A DNA stretch of 63,983 nucleotides, filler included, from Neoconidiobolus thromboides FSU 785 (GCA_025603075.1; 12 parts of 12 records of this genome joined end to end with filler, not necessarily neighbours in it), one strand, 5' to 3'; positions 39,318 through 52,826 are shown, numbered from the whole stretch's first letter. Program-made: numbers and translations. The notes: generated by a model from the sequence alone, not told the origin.

Positions 39318-42300
39318 AATGAATTACCTCATTTGAAGAGTTTAAAATATATATTTAAACAACGATTATTTTTAGGAAACGAATTAAATTTAAATAATAA
39401 AGAGAGTATTGATTATGGATATAGTAAAATATTAAATCATATTAATTATCGTAATGAACAAAAAGAAAAAGTACAATTATGGCTAAACAATATTGATTTA
39501 TCTCAATTTAAACAATTTAAAGATTTAATTTTTAATTTTTTATTAAATTTTAATAGCAACAATAATAATGAAGATGATTTACTATTGTTAAATTATATAC
39601 AACAAAATAAAGATATATTGAAACAAAATATATCTAATATTGATCAATTATTTAATGAAGATTGGATATTACATCGTTCTTATTGGTTAATATTATTTGA
39701 TACATTAAACAACGATTTATTTAACAATGGTTATCAACGAGTATTAATGAATGAAAATATTAATATTAATTTGATTATAATTAATAACAATTTAAATCAA
39801 AAAGATTTAGGGTTATATGCTATGAATTATAATACAAGTTATGTAGCATCTACTGCTATTTATCAATCTTATCAACAAACAATACGATCTATTATTGAAG
39901 CTAATTTATTTAATGGACCTTCTATTTTATTAGGATACTTACCTATTGATAATTTATTACAATTAAATCATATCAAATTAATTCAACAAAGTAAAAGAGT
40001 TGTTGATTCAGGAGATTGGCCTTTATATCGATATAATCCTAATAATAGTAATATGGAATTAGATTCAAAAGTAATTAAACAAAATTTACAACAGTTTATT
40101 GATAAACAACAATTATTTAGTTTATTAACTAAACAAAACAATACTAATATCAATAACAATAATAATAATCAAGTAGATAATTTAATTAATTCACAGCAAA
40201 AAAAAGAAGAATTTATACAAAATTCATTTAATAGCTTACTAAATAATTTAACAAATAATGATGAGCCCCCAATTACTATATTATATGGCTCGGATGGTGG
40301 TAATGCTGAAAAAGTAGCTAAAAAGTTAAGTCAAAGTATAAAACAACGCAATAAAAACGTACAATTATTTAAAGGCAATGATTATGATATACAACAATTA
40401 AATAAAGAACATTTAATGTTATTTATTATATCAACTGCAGGACAAGGGGAAGCCCCATTAAATATTAAACATTTTATTAAATCAATTAATCAAAAAGATA
40501 TTGATTTATCTCATTTAAAAATAGGAATCTTTGGTTTAGGTGATTCTCATTATTGGCCTAATGATAAAGATTTAATTTATTTTAATAAACCTAGTAAAGA
40601 TTTAAATTTAAGACTACAACAATTAAATGCAACGTCTATAATAGAATTAGGATTAGGGGATGATCAAGATCCAGAAGGTTATCAAACTCAATATAAATTA
40701 TGGGAACATCAATTATTTATAAAATTAAATATTGATGATATTAAAGTTGATGATGAAGTAATTATTACAGATGACTTACATAAAATTAATTCTAACTATT
40801 TACGTGGTACTATATTACAAGGTTTAAATGATTCAAGTACAGGAGCATTAAGTGAAGGAGATACTAAATTAACTAAATTTCATGGTATTTATCAACAAGA
40901 TGATCGAGATTTAAGAGAAATAAGATTAAGTAATAATTTAGAACCTGCTTTTTCATTTATGGTAAGAGTAAGGGTACCAGGTGGTATTGCTACTGCAGAA
41001 CAATATTTGCAAATGGATGATATATCAACTAAATTAACTAATGGCAGTATTAAAATAACCACAAGACAAGCTTTCCAATTTCATGGAGTTATTAAAAAGA
41101 ATTTAAAACCAACAATACAAAATATAAACAAATGTTTAATGGATACATTGGCTGCTTGTGGTGATGTCAATCGTAATGTTATGTTAACTGTTAATCCACA
41201 AGCTAATCATGCCTATGAAACTATATTTAAATTTTCAAAGGATTTGTCCGAATATTTATCTCCAAAAACATCTGCTTATCATGAAATCTGGCTACAAGAT
41301 AAATTAGTAGCAGGTGGGGATGTGTTAGTAGATTATGAACCTTTATATGGCCCAACTTATTTACCACGTAAATTCAAAATAGCTATAGCAATACCACCAA
41401 ATAACGATGTAGATGTATTTGCTCATTGTTTAGGCTTTATTGCTATTATTAAAAATAATCAGTTAATTGGTTTCAATGTTACTGTTGGTGGGGGTATGGG
41501 TATGACTCATAATAATACAACTACCTTCCCTAGATTAGCAGATCATTTAGGCTTTTGTACTTTAGAACAAGCATGTGAAGTAGCTGAAAAGGTATTATTA
41601 GTACAAAGGGACTTTGGAGATAGAACTAATCGTAAACATGCACGATTAAAGTATACTATTGAAGATAGAGGGATCAACTGGTTCCGTAATGAAGTTGAAG
41701 ATAGATTAGGTTATAAATTAGAAACTATTAAAGAATACTCCTTTAAATCTAATGGGGATCGTTATGGTTGGTATCAAAATGAAGGTAGTTTAAATTATGA
41801 ATGTGGTTTGTTTATGCAAAATGGACGAATTAAAGATGAATCTGGTTATACATGGAAAACTGGATTACGTGAAGTTTGTTTATTAATGAAACAGTATAAT
41901 TTTGGTCGATTAATATTAACTCCAAATCAAAACTTAGTATTATCTAATATTCCACCCAAATATCAGAAACAAATTGAATCTATATTAACTGAAAACAACT
42001 TATATCAAACTCCTAATTTTACTAAATTAAGATTAAACTCTATGGCTTGTGTAGCATTACCTACATGCTCTTTAGCTATGGCTGAAAGTGAACGTTATTT
42101 ACCAAGTTTAATAGATAAACTTGATAATTTAATTCATGATAATGGATTATCACTACAAGATATAAGTATTCGAATGACAGGATGTCCAAATGGATGTGCA
42201 AGACCATATGTAGCTGAAATTGCCTTGGTAGGTAAAGCAGCCAATATTTATAATTTATACTTAGGTGGTGGATATCGTGGGGATCGATTAAATAAATTAT

Positions 42301-42461
42301 TTAAAGAAAATGTTGATGAAAAAGAAATCATTAATATATTAAGTAGATTGTTTAAAAGGTATGCTTTAGAAAGATTAGTGGAGGAAAGATTTGGAGATTT
42401 TGTTATTAGAACAAATATCATTAAGGAAACTACATCCGGGAATAATTTTCATGTTTTATAA
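38427..42461 (+). CDS. MET5: Sulfite reductase beta subunit (flavodoxin plus siroheme/4Fe-4S domains)
   Basis: ILYGSDGGNAE flavodoxin; FHGIYQQDDRD, ACGDVNRN, CVALPTC and MTGCPNGC motifs; intronless 1344 aa. Confidence 0.95.
39260..39320 (+). repeat. (AAT)n microsatellite encoding poly-Asn in MET5
   Basis: Direct inspection. Confidence 0.9.
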
Positions 42462-42888
42462 ATAAAAGATTATTATATATTATGTTTATTTATTGCCTGT
42501 TTTTAATGTCTTGAAGAATTTCAATTTTTATTGACTTCAATTTGAACTATCATGTAATCAGTAAAGAATATTTAATATTTCAGTATTAAATTATTTAAAA
42601 AAAAGTGATTCCATATTATTTGTAATTACCTTAACATCAATGATTGAAGTAACAAAAAATCATAAATAAATACTGAAATTTTAATTAAATATATAAAAAA
42701 CTATATATAAAGACCAAGATTTTAGTTAAAGTTATAAAAGAAATTGCAATTAAATTTTATTTTGATATAAAAAACTAATCCCAAACTTNNNNNNNNNNNN
42801 NNNNNNNNNNNNNNNNNNNNNNNNNNNNNNNNTTAATTAATTAANNNNNNNNNNNNNNNNNNNNNNNNNNNNNNNNNNNNNNNNNNNN

Positions 42889-43550
42889 ATACTATATTAT
42901 ATTGTATTGTATTGTTTATTAAAATGTTATCTAATTAAGATGAAAATATTTTATCTGGTAATGGTAAAGATTTATAACTATCGCTTGAAGGATGACGATG
43001 AACTCCACTAATTAAACCAAAAGAACCTCTTTTATAAGAACTATCAATAACAGCCAATGTACGATTAACTAATAGAGATCGTTGACTTTGGTCTACTTCT
43101 TTATACAATTGACATGCACCATTATTTACATTATTATCTTTAACAGATTGAATTGAATTCAACAATTCCATATTATCTTCATGTAAAGCCCAAATCATCA
43201 CTCCTTTCAAACCTTGGCATTTGGTATACTCTACTTTATGTTTTAAAGATTCTGGATCATCATAAGTAATTAATAACTTCTTTTGCGCACTATATAACCA
43301 AGGGGTCATTGTAACTTGATCAAAATGACGCTGCCAACCATTAGTTGTATCTGAAGTCAACGAGTCTTTTAATAAACCTTGAGATCGTAAATTTTTCATC
43401 GTCAAACGTTAGAATAAATATGAAAGATGTTAGGATAAAGATAAAATTAAATAGTAGCTTGATAATCACTTTGAGGGTACTTATTTTGAAACAAGAATAG
43501 AAAATGAATGTTTGTTTATTTAAATTCAATTTTAATATGAGATAATTAAA
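42889..43550 (-). pseudogene. Inverted partial copy of the GH18 chitinase 3' end
   Basis: 42889-43397 is the reverse complement of 49224-49732 with one mismatch found; 43398-~43550 is a decayed homologue of 49060-49223. Confidence 0.85.
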
Positions 43551-44732
43551 ACCTATTTGCTATTATAGGGGATATTATTATATTACACTTAATGATACTT
43601 AACTGTAGGTTATTAACGAGGTTTATTTCTATAGTCAAAGCGATTATATTACTATATTGTTTAGAAAGATGATAAGATTACTTTTTAACTCATCTTTGTA
43701 AAATTATTCTAGTTGTTTAAACCAAATAATTTATTATTTTAAAAAAAGTGGTACAAAGCTTTTAACTTTAAATAGTTTAATGTTAATATAATATTAAAGT
43801 GTCAAGCTTTAGATTTTCTTATATTAAAAAGTAACTATTATTAGCAAAGAGTAGTTAATTATATTTTTTAATAGCCTAAATCCATCTTGAAAAAATATTG
43901 AAAATTTCATTATCTTTATATATAAAGTAGTTATCTACATATGCTTGTATGCTTAAAATAAGAAATTAGTATAAATACTTTAAAGTAATTAATTTATATT
44001 ATTTCATAAAATTAATAGTAAGATAAATAACATTCTGTCGATTAACTTTATTGAATTAAAAATTAGTAAGAACTTTTTTCAATTATTAATTCTATAAATT
44101 TTTGAAAGGATATGTACATTAAGGTTACTACTACCTTATGTTAATAAATAAGTTAATAATTACTATATTTTATTAGAATTATTGAATTTCATAATAAACT
44201 TTAATACATAATCAACCGACTAAATTTAGAAACCTTGTTCATAAAAATATTGAAGATTTTAATGCTCGATAAATAATTATATAGAATTGATAAATTAATA
44301 ACTTACTAAACTAAGTTAATTTAGTAACTTATCAATAAAAAATCAACAAAATTTAAAATTTAATTTTTCAATTTAATATACATAATAGAAACGAGAAAGC
44401 TTTTATTTATTATAAACATTCAACTTGATGTTAGATGATTTTATTGTTACTTAAAAGAAGTTGGGCTAAACAACTTATTTGAGTTAAAAAGCCTAATTTT
44501 TAAAAAAAAATCAACAAACAAGCATCTGGTCAAAAAAATAAAGAAAATGTGGGGTGAAGAAGTTAAAAGCTTGCGGGGAAAAATTAAAAAAATAAACGTT
44601 AAAAATTAAGTAGCCATAAAAAATTAGACGTTAAAATTAATAACTATCATTCAAGGAAAATAATATAAATACTAAACTATATTCAATTAAGATTCTATTT
44701 TTTTATTTAATTATTAACTACTAACTTTCGAA

Positions 44733-45845
44733 ATGCTTATTAGTTATTTACTATTATTTTTATCATTAATAACTCCTACGCTTTCTTGCGGAACGGATGG
44801 CAATCAATGTGATACTTGGAGTCCCTGTTGTTCTAGTCATGGATTTTGTGGGAATGGGTATAACTTCTGTGGTATTGGATGTCAAAAAGAATACTCGATT
44901 ACGGACGATAATGGAAAAAATGCGTGTTTATTACCTCCAGCATGTGAATCCAAAATGTATCAATTCACAGATTCCAGTAAATTCCATCCCTTAGATAACT
45001 ATACTGGTGATTATCGAAGTGTTGAATGGGCTACCACTGGTCAAGTCGAAATTCAAAATAACCAATTACTAATTAAAATGCCAAAGGGTAGTGGAGGTGG
45101 AAGGATTACTTCCACAAGGTATGTTAACTTTGCAAAGATAACTGCTAGTTTAAAAACAAGTAAAGGAGCAGGTGTAATCACTAGTTTTATTACTATGGCC
45201 GAAGATAAAGATGAAATTGACTTTGAATGGATTGGTAGCAACTTAAATGAAGTACAATCTAATTATTATTATCGTGGTATATTAGATTTAACAAAAGGAA
45301 TGAAACATCCTATTCAAAGCAGTTCCTATTCAGAATATCATGATTATACTATAGATTGGAAAGAAGATGAATTAAATTGGTTAGTTGATAATAAAATAGT
45401 AAGAACGTTAAAGAAATCAGATACATTGAAAGACGGACAATATAATTATCCTAGTTCGCCATCTAGAATTGAAATTGGTATTTGGGATGGTGGTGCTGGT
45501 GCTGAAGGTACAAAAGAATGGGCAGGTGGGTCAATCAATTGGGATGATCCGGATATCACTAAACAGGGTTATTTATTTATGGCTTTAAAATCAGTTAACG
45601 TTGAATGTTATGGTCCAGCTACTTCATCTGATAATGATTTTTCATTAGTATTTGAAGGTAAATCTAATATGACGGGTAAATCTATTCAAAATAATGAAAA
45701 CAATGGAGATGGGGACAATAGTAATAATAATGGTATGGGACTTCAAGTTAAAACATTTTATAATTCAAATGGTTTAACTTTATACCCAAATTTAATATTA
45801 TCTACATTATTAAGTATAATTTATTATAGTTTAATTAATATTTAA
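44733..45845 (+). CDS. GH16 Crh/Utr2-like chitin transglycosylase with N-terminal CBM18-like module
   Basis: Signal peptide, CCSSHGFCG, DEIDFE catalytic motif, hydrophobic GPI-type C-terminus. Confidence 0.92.
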   Translation: MLISYLLLFLSLITPTLSCGTDGNQCDTWSPCCSSHGFCGNGYNFCGIGCQKEYSITDDNGKNACLLPPACESKMYQFTDSSKFHPLDNYTGDYRSVEWATTGQVEIQNNQLLIKMPKGSGGGRITSTRYVNFAKITASLKTSKGAGVITSFITMAEDKDEIDFEWIGSNLNEVQSNYYYRGILDLTKGMKHPIQSSSYSEYHDYTIDWKEDELNWLVDNKIVRTLKKSDTLKDGQYNYPSSPSRIEIGIWDGGAGAEGTKEWAGGSINWDDPDITKQGYLFMALKSVNVECYGPATSSDNDFSLVFEGKSNMTGKSIQNNENNGDGDNSNNNGMGLQVKTFYNSNGLTLYPNLILSTLLSIIYYSLINI

Positions 45846-46967
45846 ATAATAAATATAGCTTTAATAATAATACCTACTTACCCTTTAATTACCAAATATT
45901 ATTTGAATTTGAATTCAACCCTTTATCTCATTTACCTTTGTGAAATAATATCTTTTTCATGTATATTAATTCGATATTTTTCTTTAAATAAATTTTTTAA
46001 CTTATTTTCTTATTTTGTTTTTGATTACTTTTTTTCAAACCCACAATCTTTTAATTTCCATAGTTATAATATGCTCCGATTTTAAAATTTTAAAACTCTT
46101 TACCGAATAATACCTTTAACATTCAAGTCTTTATAAAATGAAATAAGTACACTTAATTTATGAACTGGTTCATGGCGATTAAGTCTACTTTTTTCAATTA
46201 TTTAGATAAAGTATTTTATGTTAGGATAAAATATTAATTGAATTGTTTTTAAAGGTTATATGAAATTTAATATTCCCATTCAAGATTTTAATAATCTTAT
46301 GGAAACTGATTTAATCTAAAGATTAATTTATATTTTTAAATTAATTGCTAAGATTAGGGTTTAGTCACCATTCAGTTGACATTTACTTAATAATAATAGT
46401 CGGGTATGTCTTTACCTTATTTTAATTAATAATAAGTTAATATTTTTCATAAATTATATTGATTTACAAGCTAATTATTGATTAACTGATGATTTTATTT
46501 AATAATTTTCAATTTCAAATGATATAATTACCACATGATTTGATTTACCAGAAGAGCCAAGATAACATTTAAATAAACGTTGAGTAACAAAAGTATCAAC
46601 AATAGAAACAAAAATAATAGAAATTAGAATATAAATAAATACAATAATATTAATTAAAATCATTTTTATTTCTATTTAATTTAATATTCCAATTTTATTT
46701 TGATAATAATATTATTAATAATTGTAAATGGCTCAATTAAAATTTTTACAAGTCCCAATAGAACAAAGTAATCGAGAGTTAAGAATTATAACATTTATAA
46801 GAGCTTTATTTTTTACATCTCAAACTTTATTATTGGTAATTTTTAATAAATTCAAATTAATATAAAATATAACATTAATATGATATTAATATAATATTTA
46901 TTAAATTAGTGTATCTTAATTCTATTAACTTTTTTTGATTTTTGGAATGTAAGTAATCGAGGTTCCA

Positions 46968-47419
46968 TGGTATGGCTACCCTTAATATTAAATTTATTTA
47001 CATGTGCTATTTTAATCTTTTCTATTGTATCAATAAAAAATGAAGTTGAAGAAGCTAATAATTGGGTAAGTTTAATATAACTCTTTTTATTTCCTTTTTA
47101 TTAACCTTTTTAATAGTATACCATGACATGTGGTAGCTTAATATTTTTATTAATTCTATATTTATTTTATATCTCTCATATTATTCCAATAAACAAACAA
47201 AATGCTTATATCTTTGCTCCTTATTCACCTTATAGAGATAATTGGGATGAGTTGAATTTATGGTATGAATCTCATTATCAAATACCCACCGACTTCCCCT
47301 TTGCTTTTTGGTTAGGCGCTACTATTGAAGGTTTAGCTGGTCCGCCTGCAAGTCAAATTGTTTTAGCTATTGTTATTTTATTGATTTTATTGTTGGTAAG
47401 CAAAAGTTTTTTTATATAG
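46968..47419 (+). CDS. Small hypothetical membrane protein (two exons predicted)
   Basis: MVWLPLILNLFTCAILIFSIVSIKNEVEEANNW, GTAAG...TAG intron, then YTMTCGSLIF...; three hydrophobic segments. Confidence 0.4.
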
Positions 47420-48174
47420 ATGATAGGAGTTAAGATTGCTTAATGTTTTTTATTAGGCGTTTGGTGCAGTGTTAGCTTTTAATTTACCTAAATTTAAGCC
47501 TAAAAGGTTTTCTCAAATGATTTATGTGTAGATATAAGTTTTAGAAGGATAGAAATGAGTGGTGTAGAATTACAATTAGTTAATGTTTAATAATAATAAA
47601 AAAGATATATTCTATATAACATTTTGGGGGAAGCTTAACGTATTTTTATTAAAGAGAGGTATATAATGATATCTATTAATAATATTGATTTTATAAAATA
47701 ATATATAATATATAATATATAATATATAATATAACTTATAAAAAAATCAAATTTAATCAACTTTGCCTTAAACTTTTCAATTTTGTTCAATAAACTTTAA
47801 TAATTTTTCATTACTTTTATAATTTTTTGAAACCAAAATTTGTTTAAAGTTTAATTTTTAATATAAAAAACTTTGATAACCTGTCAAAATAAATAATAAA
47901 CTATAAAAAAATTCTAACATTTCAAACAAACTTTTATAACAAATCAATATGCTATAAAAAGTAATTTAAAATAATTTAAGACTTGAATTTAAGTTTTAAA
48001 ACCTGGAAATTTCTATTTCTCATTTTTAGAATTTTAAAGTCTCAATCAATTCTCTATCAAAGCAACTGTAAATGCCAAACTCAACTTGTATAAAAGCTCT
48101 AAAAAATAAACTAACTTTAATATTTAGTAAAAAAACCATTTCATTATTATTAACATTCTCAATTACACTATAAA

Positions 48175-49686
48175 ATGAAAAAAATATTAATATTGACATT
48201 CTATTTAACTACTATCTTCTCCCAGTCCATAATCCGACGTGATTCTTATTACAATGAAAACCTACCATCAGAATCTGGAGATCAACCTAATGATATTGAA
48301 GCAATCAAAGACTCCGCTTATGCTACTAGTGCCAGCGACAAGGTGATAGTAGGCTACTATGCGGATTGGAAAGCGAATGAATTAATACCTGAAAAAATTG
48401 CATTTGATAAACTCACACATATCAATTATTGTTTTGCAATAATTAAAGAGAGTACTTATGAACCATATTTAGAAAGTGAATATTTATTGCCACGAGTAGT
48501 TAAAGCAGCGCATGATAACAATGTTAAAGTACTATTATCTATTGGTGGTTGGACAGGAAGTAAAGTAATGTCCGTGATCTTTAATGATAAAGATAAAAGA
48601 AAGATATTTATTGATAAAATTGTTGATTATATTAAAAAGTTCCAATTAGACGGAATTGATATTGATTGGGAATTTCCAGGAAGATTAGGAATGGCTTGTA
48701 ATATTATTAATCCTCAGAACGATTATAATAATTTTATTATATTATTAAGAGAATTAAGGTCAAATTTAGATATTATTTTTAAAGATCAAAAGAAATTAAT
48801 TACATTAGCTGTACGTGTAGAACCTTTAGATGGTCCTAATGGTCCTATTAAAGATACTACAGAATTAGCTAATTTAATTGATTTTATCAATGTTATGGCT
48901 TATGATATCAATGGCCCATGGTCTAGTACTACTGGACCTAATGCACCTTTACGTCATACTACTGCTAATGGATTTCAACAATCGTATATGAGTGGAGTTA
49001 CTTCTTGGTTACAAGCTAAGTTTCCAAAAGAAAAACTAGTGATGGGTTTAGCCTTTTATGGACGTTCCTTTAAATTACAAGACGAATTAAAATTGGATTC
49101 AAAAGATAAAAATCAATTTTATGTTCCATTTTCAAAAACAATACCCCAAGGAGATCAACAAGACGCTATGTGGTCAGACCCTTGTCCAGGAGCTCCTTAT
49201 ACTTATTCAGGTGTTTGGCAATGGAAAAATTTACGATCTCAAGGTTTATTAAAAGACTCGTTGACTTCAGATACAACTAATGGTTGGCAGCGTCATTTTG
49301 ATCAAGTTACAATGACCCCTTGGTTATATAGTGCGCAAAAGAAGTTATTAATTACTTATGATGATCCAGAATCTTTAAAACATAAAGTAGAGTATACCAA
49401 ATGCCAAGGTTTGAAAGGAGTGATGATTTGGGCTTTACATGAAGATAATATGGAATTGTTGAATTCAATTCAATCTGTTAAAGATAATAATGTAAATAAT
49501 GGTGCATGTCAATTGTATAAAGAAGTAGACCAAAGTCAACGATCTCTATTAGTTAATCGTACATTGGCTGTTATTGATAGTCCTTATAAAAGAGGTTCTT
49601 TTGGTTTAATTAGTGGAGTTCATCGTCATCCTTCAAGCGATAGTTATAAATCTTTACCATTACCAGATAAAATATTTTCATCTTAA
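48175..49686 (+). CDS. GH18 chitinase, secreted
   Basis: Signal peptide; KVLLSIGGW, LDGIDIDWEFP, INVMAYD and GVMIWAL motifs. Confidence 0.96.
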   Translation: MKKILILTFYLTTIFSQSIIRRDSYYNENLPSESGDQPNDIEAIKDSAYATSASDKVIVGYYADWKANELIPEKIAFDKLTHINYCFAIIKESTYEPYLESEYLLPRVVKAAHDNNVKVLLSIGGWTGSKVMSVIFNDKDKRKIFIDKIVDYIKKFQLDGIDIDWEFPGRLGMACNIINPQNDYNNFIILLRELRSNLDIIFKDQKKLITLAVRVEPLDGPNGPIKDTTELANLIDFINVMAYDINGPWSSTTGPNAPLRHTTANGFQQSYMSGVTSWLQAKFPKEKLVMGLAFYGRSFKLQDELKLDSKDKNQFYVPFSKTIPQGDQQDAMWSDPCPGAPYTYSGVWQWKNLRSQGLLKDSLTSDTTNGWQRHFDQVTMTPWLYSAQKKLLITYDDPESLKHKVEYTKCQGLKGVMIWALHEDNMELLNSIQSVKDNNVNNGACQLYKEVDQSQRSLLVNRTLAVIDSPYKRGSFGLISGVHRHPSSDSYKSLPLPDKIFSS

Positions 49687-50949
49687 TTAGATAACATTTT
49701 AATAAACAATACAATACAATATAATATAGTATNNNNNNNNNNNNNNNNNNNNNNNNNNNNNNNNNNNNNNNNNNNNTTAATTAATTAANNNNNNNNNNNN
49801 NNNNNNNNNNNNNNNNNNNNNNNNNNNNNNNNCAAGGTACGCTTTATAGTTTAATTTAGTTATTCTTTAAATTGATCATGTAATCTGACTTTTGATTTCA
49901 TTACAATATTATTCTATTTAGTTATTAGATTTTAATGATATTACTTAATCAAATTGATTAAATATACTTTAATTAAATTAAGTAGGAGTAGCTTAGTCAT
50001 GAGAAAAAAAGTTAATAAAATACGGGCAATTTTTTATCGCACGTTAAACTTAGAAAGTATGTTTTGAAGGATCACCAAAGACTTACAATTCATTTAATCA
50101 ATGCAACCCTAAAATTACAGCTAATGAAACGAGTATTGATAAAAAAACAGCCAATTTTTCGATTCATTATAATATTTGATAATTAGTAAAAATTAAGCTT
50201 AAATTAAGTATTAAAAGTTTAGGGAAAATATAAATGTATGTCAAAGTAATAGTATTGGCATATCATTGTCTTCATCAAAACTTTTTTTAGCTATCATTTA
50301 TTTAATAAGCTAAAAATTGGCTTCATTTTTTATTTTATTAGCTGAAATTTTTTGGGGAGTTACACTAGTCAAAGATGACTGACCACATTCTAAGCTTAGT
50401 TTGTGAAAAAATGACTCTAGCCTTCCCATTCCCAATTAAATTTTGCAGAAAAATCAAAACCTTAAATCTCCCGCTTTGTATTACTATTTCTATATTTATA
50501 AAATTATCTAATAGTACTACGCTCTTTTGTACTTTTTCTCGAATTTGATTTTAAGTATTATTTTTTTTATTAGATACAAACGGTATTGTATATATTTATC
50601 TTTGTTACGTTTTTCATATATATTCCTAATCTTTAGTTTCATATTTATTTTACTCAATTTTAGTCTTTATAATTTAATAAACTATTAATAATAACTCTTC
50701 ATATATTAGTTAAAGGTGTAATACAACTTAAAAAGGGTGTAATTACTGTTAACATCAAATAATTATAATAATAAAATTTTGAATAATGTAGGTATAACTA
50801 TTTAAATTTAATAAAAGTAAGATAAACGTAAGCCTAGATTTATTAGTATAAGGACTGATATTCGTTTTAAGATATTGAAAAAATAACCCAACTTTGATTA
50901 AAACAATCAATTAATCTATTAATTTGAATAACGAAAAAGTTCATAACAT

Positions 50950-51047
50950 GAGGATACATTTTTGTGTTTAAGAATTTTAGTAACAATTTTTCCACTCAAA
51001 TAGCACTTAAAAAATGGAAAAAGTAATGAAACCAAAAAAACATCACC
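50950..51047 (+). mobile_element. MITE family A copy
   Basis: TSD ACAT/ATAT. Confidence 0.87.
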
Positions 51048-51464
51048 ATATAAATTTAATAAAATAATATAAAACATAATTCCTTTATGCAATATAGTTT
51101 ATAGGCTGTTTCTGTACCTTTGAATTAAAAAAATTAACTGGTTTTAATTATTCTATTTTTACTTTTTACAACTATTAGAACAAATACTAATGATTAAATT
51201 ATATCCTAATTAAACCCTTGACTTATCTTATTATATTATTCATAATTATTCTTTATATGTATTTTTAACTTTTTGATATTTTAGGTTTTTATGATTTGGT
51301 TTAAGTTACTATTAATAAGAGGTATTTGTATATTAGTCAAGGGGGTAATATTTATTGATATGAAATAATTGTAATATAGAATAAATATTAGATAAAGAAT
51401 GATTTTTAATTAAAGATATAGGAATGCCCAAATTGGTTTCAGAATTTTCTAAAATCAATCAAAT

Positions 51465-51557
51465 GGGAGTGTTTTTTTTACTTCATTATTTTTTCCATCT
51501 TTTAAGCGCTGTTCGAGTGGAAAATTTGTTGGTAAAATTCTTAAATACAAAAATACA
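51465..51557 (-). mobile_element. MITE family A copy truncated by the N gap
   Basis: AAAT|GGGAG... consensus match. Confidence 0.85.
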
Positions 51558-52386
51558 NNNNNNNNNNNNNNNNNNNNNNNNNNNNNNNNNNNNNNNNNNN
51601 NNNNNNNNNNNNNNNNNNNNNNNNNNNNNNNNNNNNNNNNNNNNNNNNNNNNNNNNNNNNNNNNNNNNNNNNNNNNNNNNNNNNNNNNNNNNNNNNNNNN
51701 NNNNNNNNNNNNNNNNNNNNNNNNNNNNNNNNNNNNNNNNNNNNNNNNNNNNNNNNNNNNNNNNNNNNNNNNNNNNNNNNNNNNNNNNNNNNNNNNNNNN
51801 NNNNNNNNNNNNNNNNNNNNNNNNNNNNNNNNNNNNNNNNNNNNNNNNNNNNNNNNNNNNNNNNNNNNNNNNNNNNNNNNNNNNNNNNNNNNNNNNNNNN
51901 NNNNNNNNNNNNNNNNNNNNNNNNNNNNNNNNNNNNNNNNNNNNNNNNNNNNNNNNNNNNNNNNNNNNNNNNNNNNNNNNNNNNNNNNNNNNNNNNNNNN
52001 NNNNNNNNNNNNNNNNNNNNNNNNNNNNNNNNNNNNNNNNNNNNNNNNNNNNNNNNNNNNNNNNNNNNNNNNNNNNNNNNNNNNNNNNNNNNNNNNNNNN
52101 NNNNNNNNNNNNNNNNNNNNNNNNNNNNNNNNNNNNNNNNNNNNNNNNNNNNNNNNNNNNNNNNNNNNNNNNNNNNNNNNNNNNNNNNNNNNNNNNNNNN
52201 NNNNNNNNNNNNNNNNNNNNNNNNNNNNNNNNNNNNNNNNNNNNNNNNNNNNNNNNNNNNNNNNNNNNNNNNNNNNNNNNNNNNNNNNNNNNNNNNNNNN
52301 NNNNNNNNNNNNAACCAGATTTAATAAATTCAGGTTGTTATAATAAATAGCTATCTCAATATTCTAGTTTAATATTATATATATAA

Positions 52387-52447
52387 AACAATAAAATAAT
52401 AAAATAATAAAATAATAAAATAATAAAATAATAAAATAATAAAATAA
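52387..52447 (+). repeat. (AAAATAAT)n 8-bp tandem repeat
   Basis: About 7 units. Confidence 0.8.
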
Positions 52448-52503
52448 CAGGTAAAGTATATTTTGGTTATTTATTTAAAATGTTAAATCGTGAATTAATA
52501 TAT

Positions 52504-52605
52504 GGGGATATGTTCTTTTATTTAAGAAGTTCACTAGCAACTTTCCACTCAAATAGCGCTTAAAAGGTGGGAAAAGTAATGAAACCAAAAAACACCCCCC
52601 CCCCC
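52504..52605 (+). mobile_element. MITE family A copy with expanded terminal C run
   Basis: TSD ATAT/AAAT. Confidence 0.85.
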
Positions 52606-52691
52606 AAATATTGATTAGTTAACTTTAAAATCTAAGATTCTTACTTATAAATATAAAAACTATTAATTTAACTATTAATAAAAATAAATAT

Positions 52692-52826
52692 TGAGTTGTC
52701 TGAATTAGTTTCACTATTTTATTCAATTTTTAAAAAAAATTGTATTTTAAAAACTTCGCTTAAAATTCTATAAAATCAAACCTTTTATTAAAACAAAAGT
52801 ACCCAGATATAGTTCTAAATCATTCT
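52692..52826 (+). mobile_element. Family-B terminal unit (degenerate)
   Basis: ATAT|TGAGTTGTCTGAATTAGTTTCA...AGTTCTAAATCATT, colinear with 17744-17869. Confidence 0.65.

Noticed and set aside
46300-46680. Possible decayed inverted copy of the GH16 gene
   Set aside because: Only faint similarity in very AT-rich sequence; cannot be supported without an alignment
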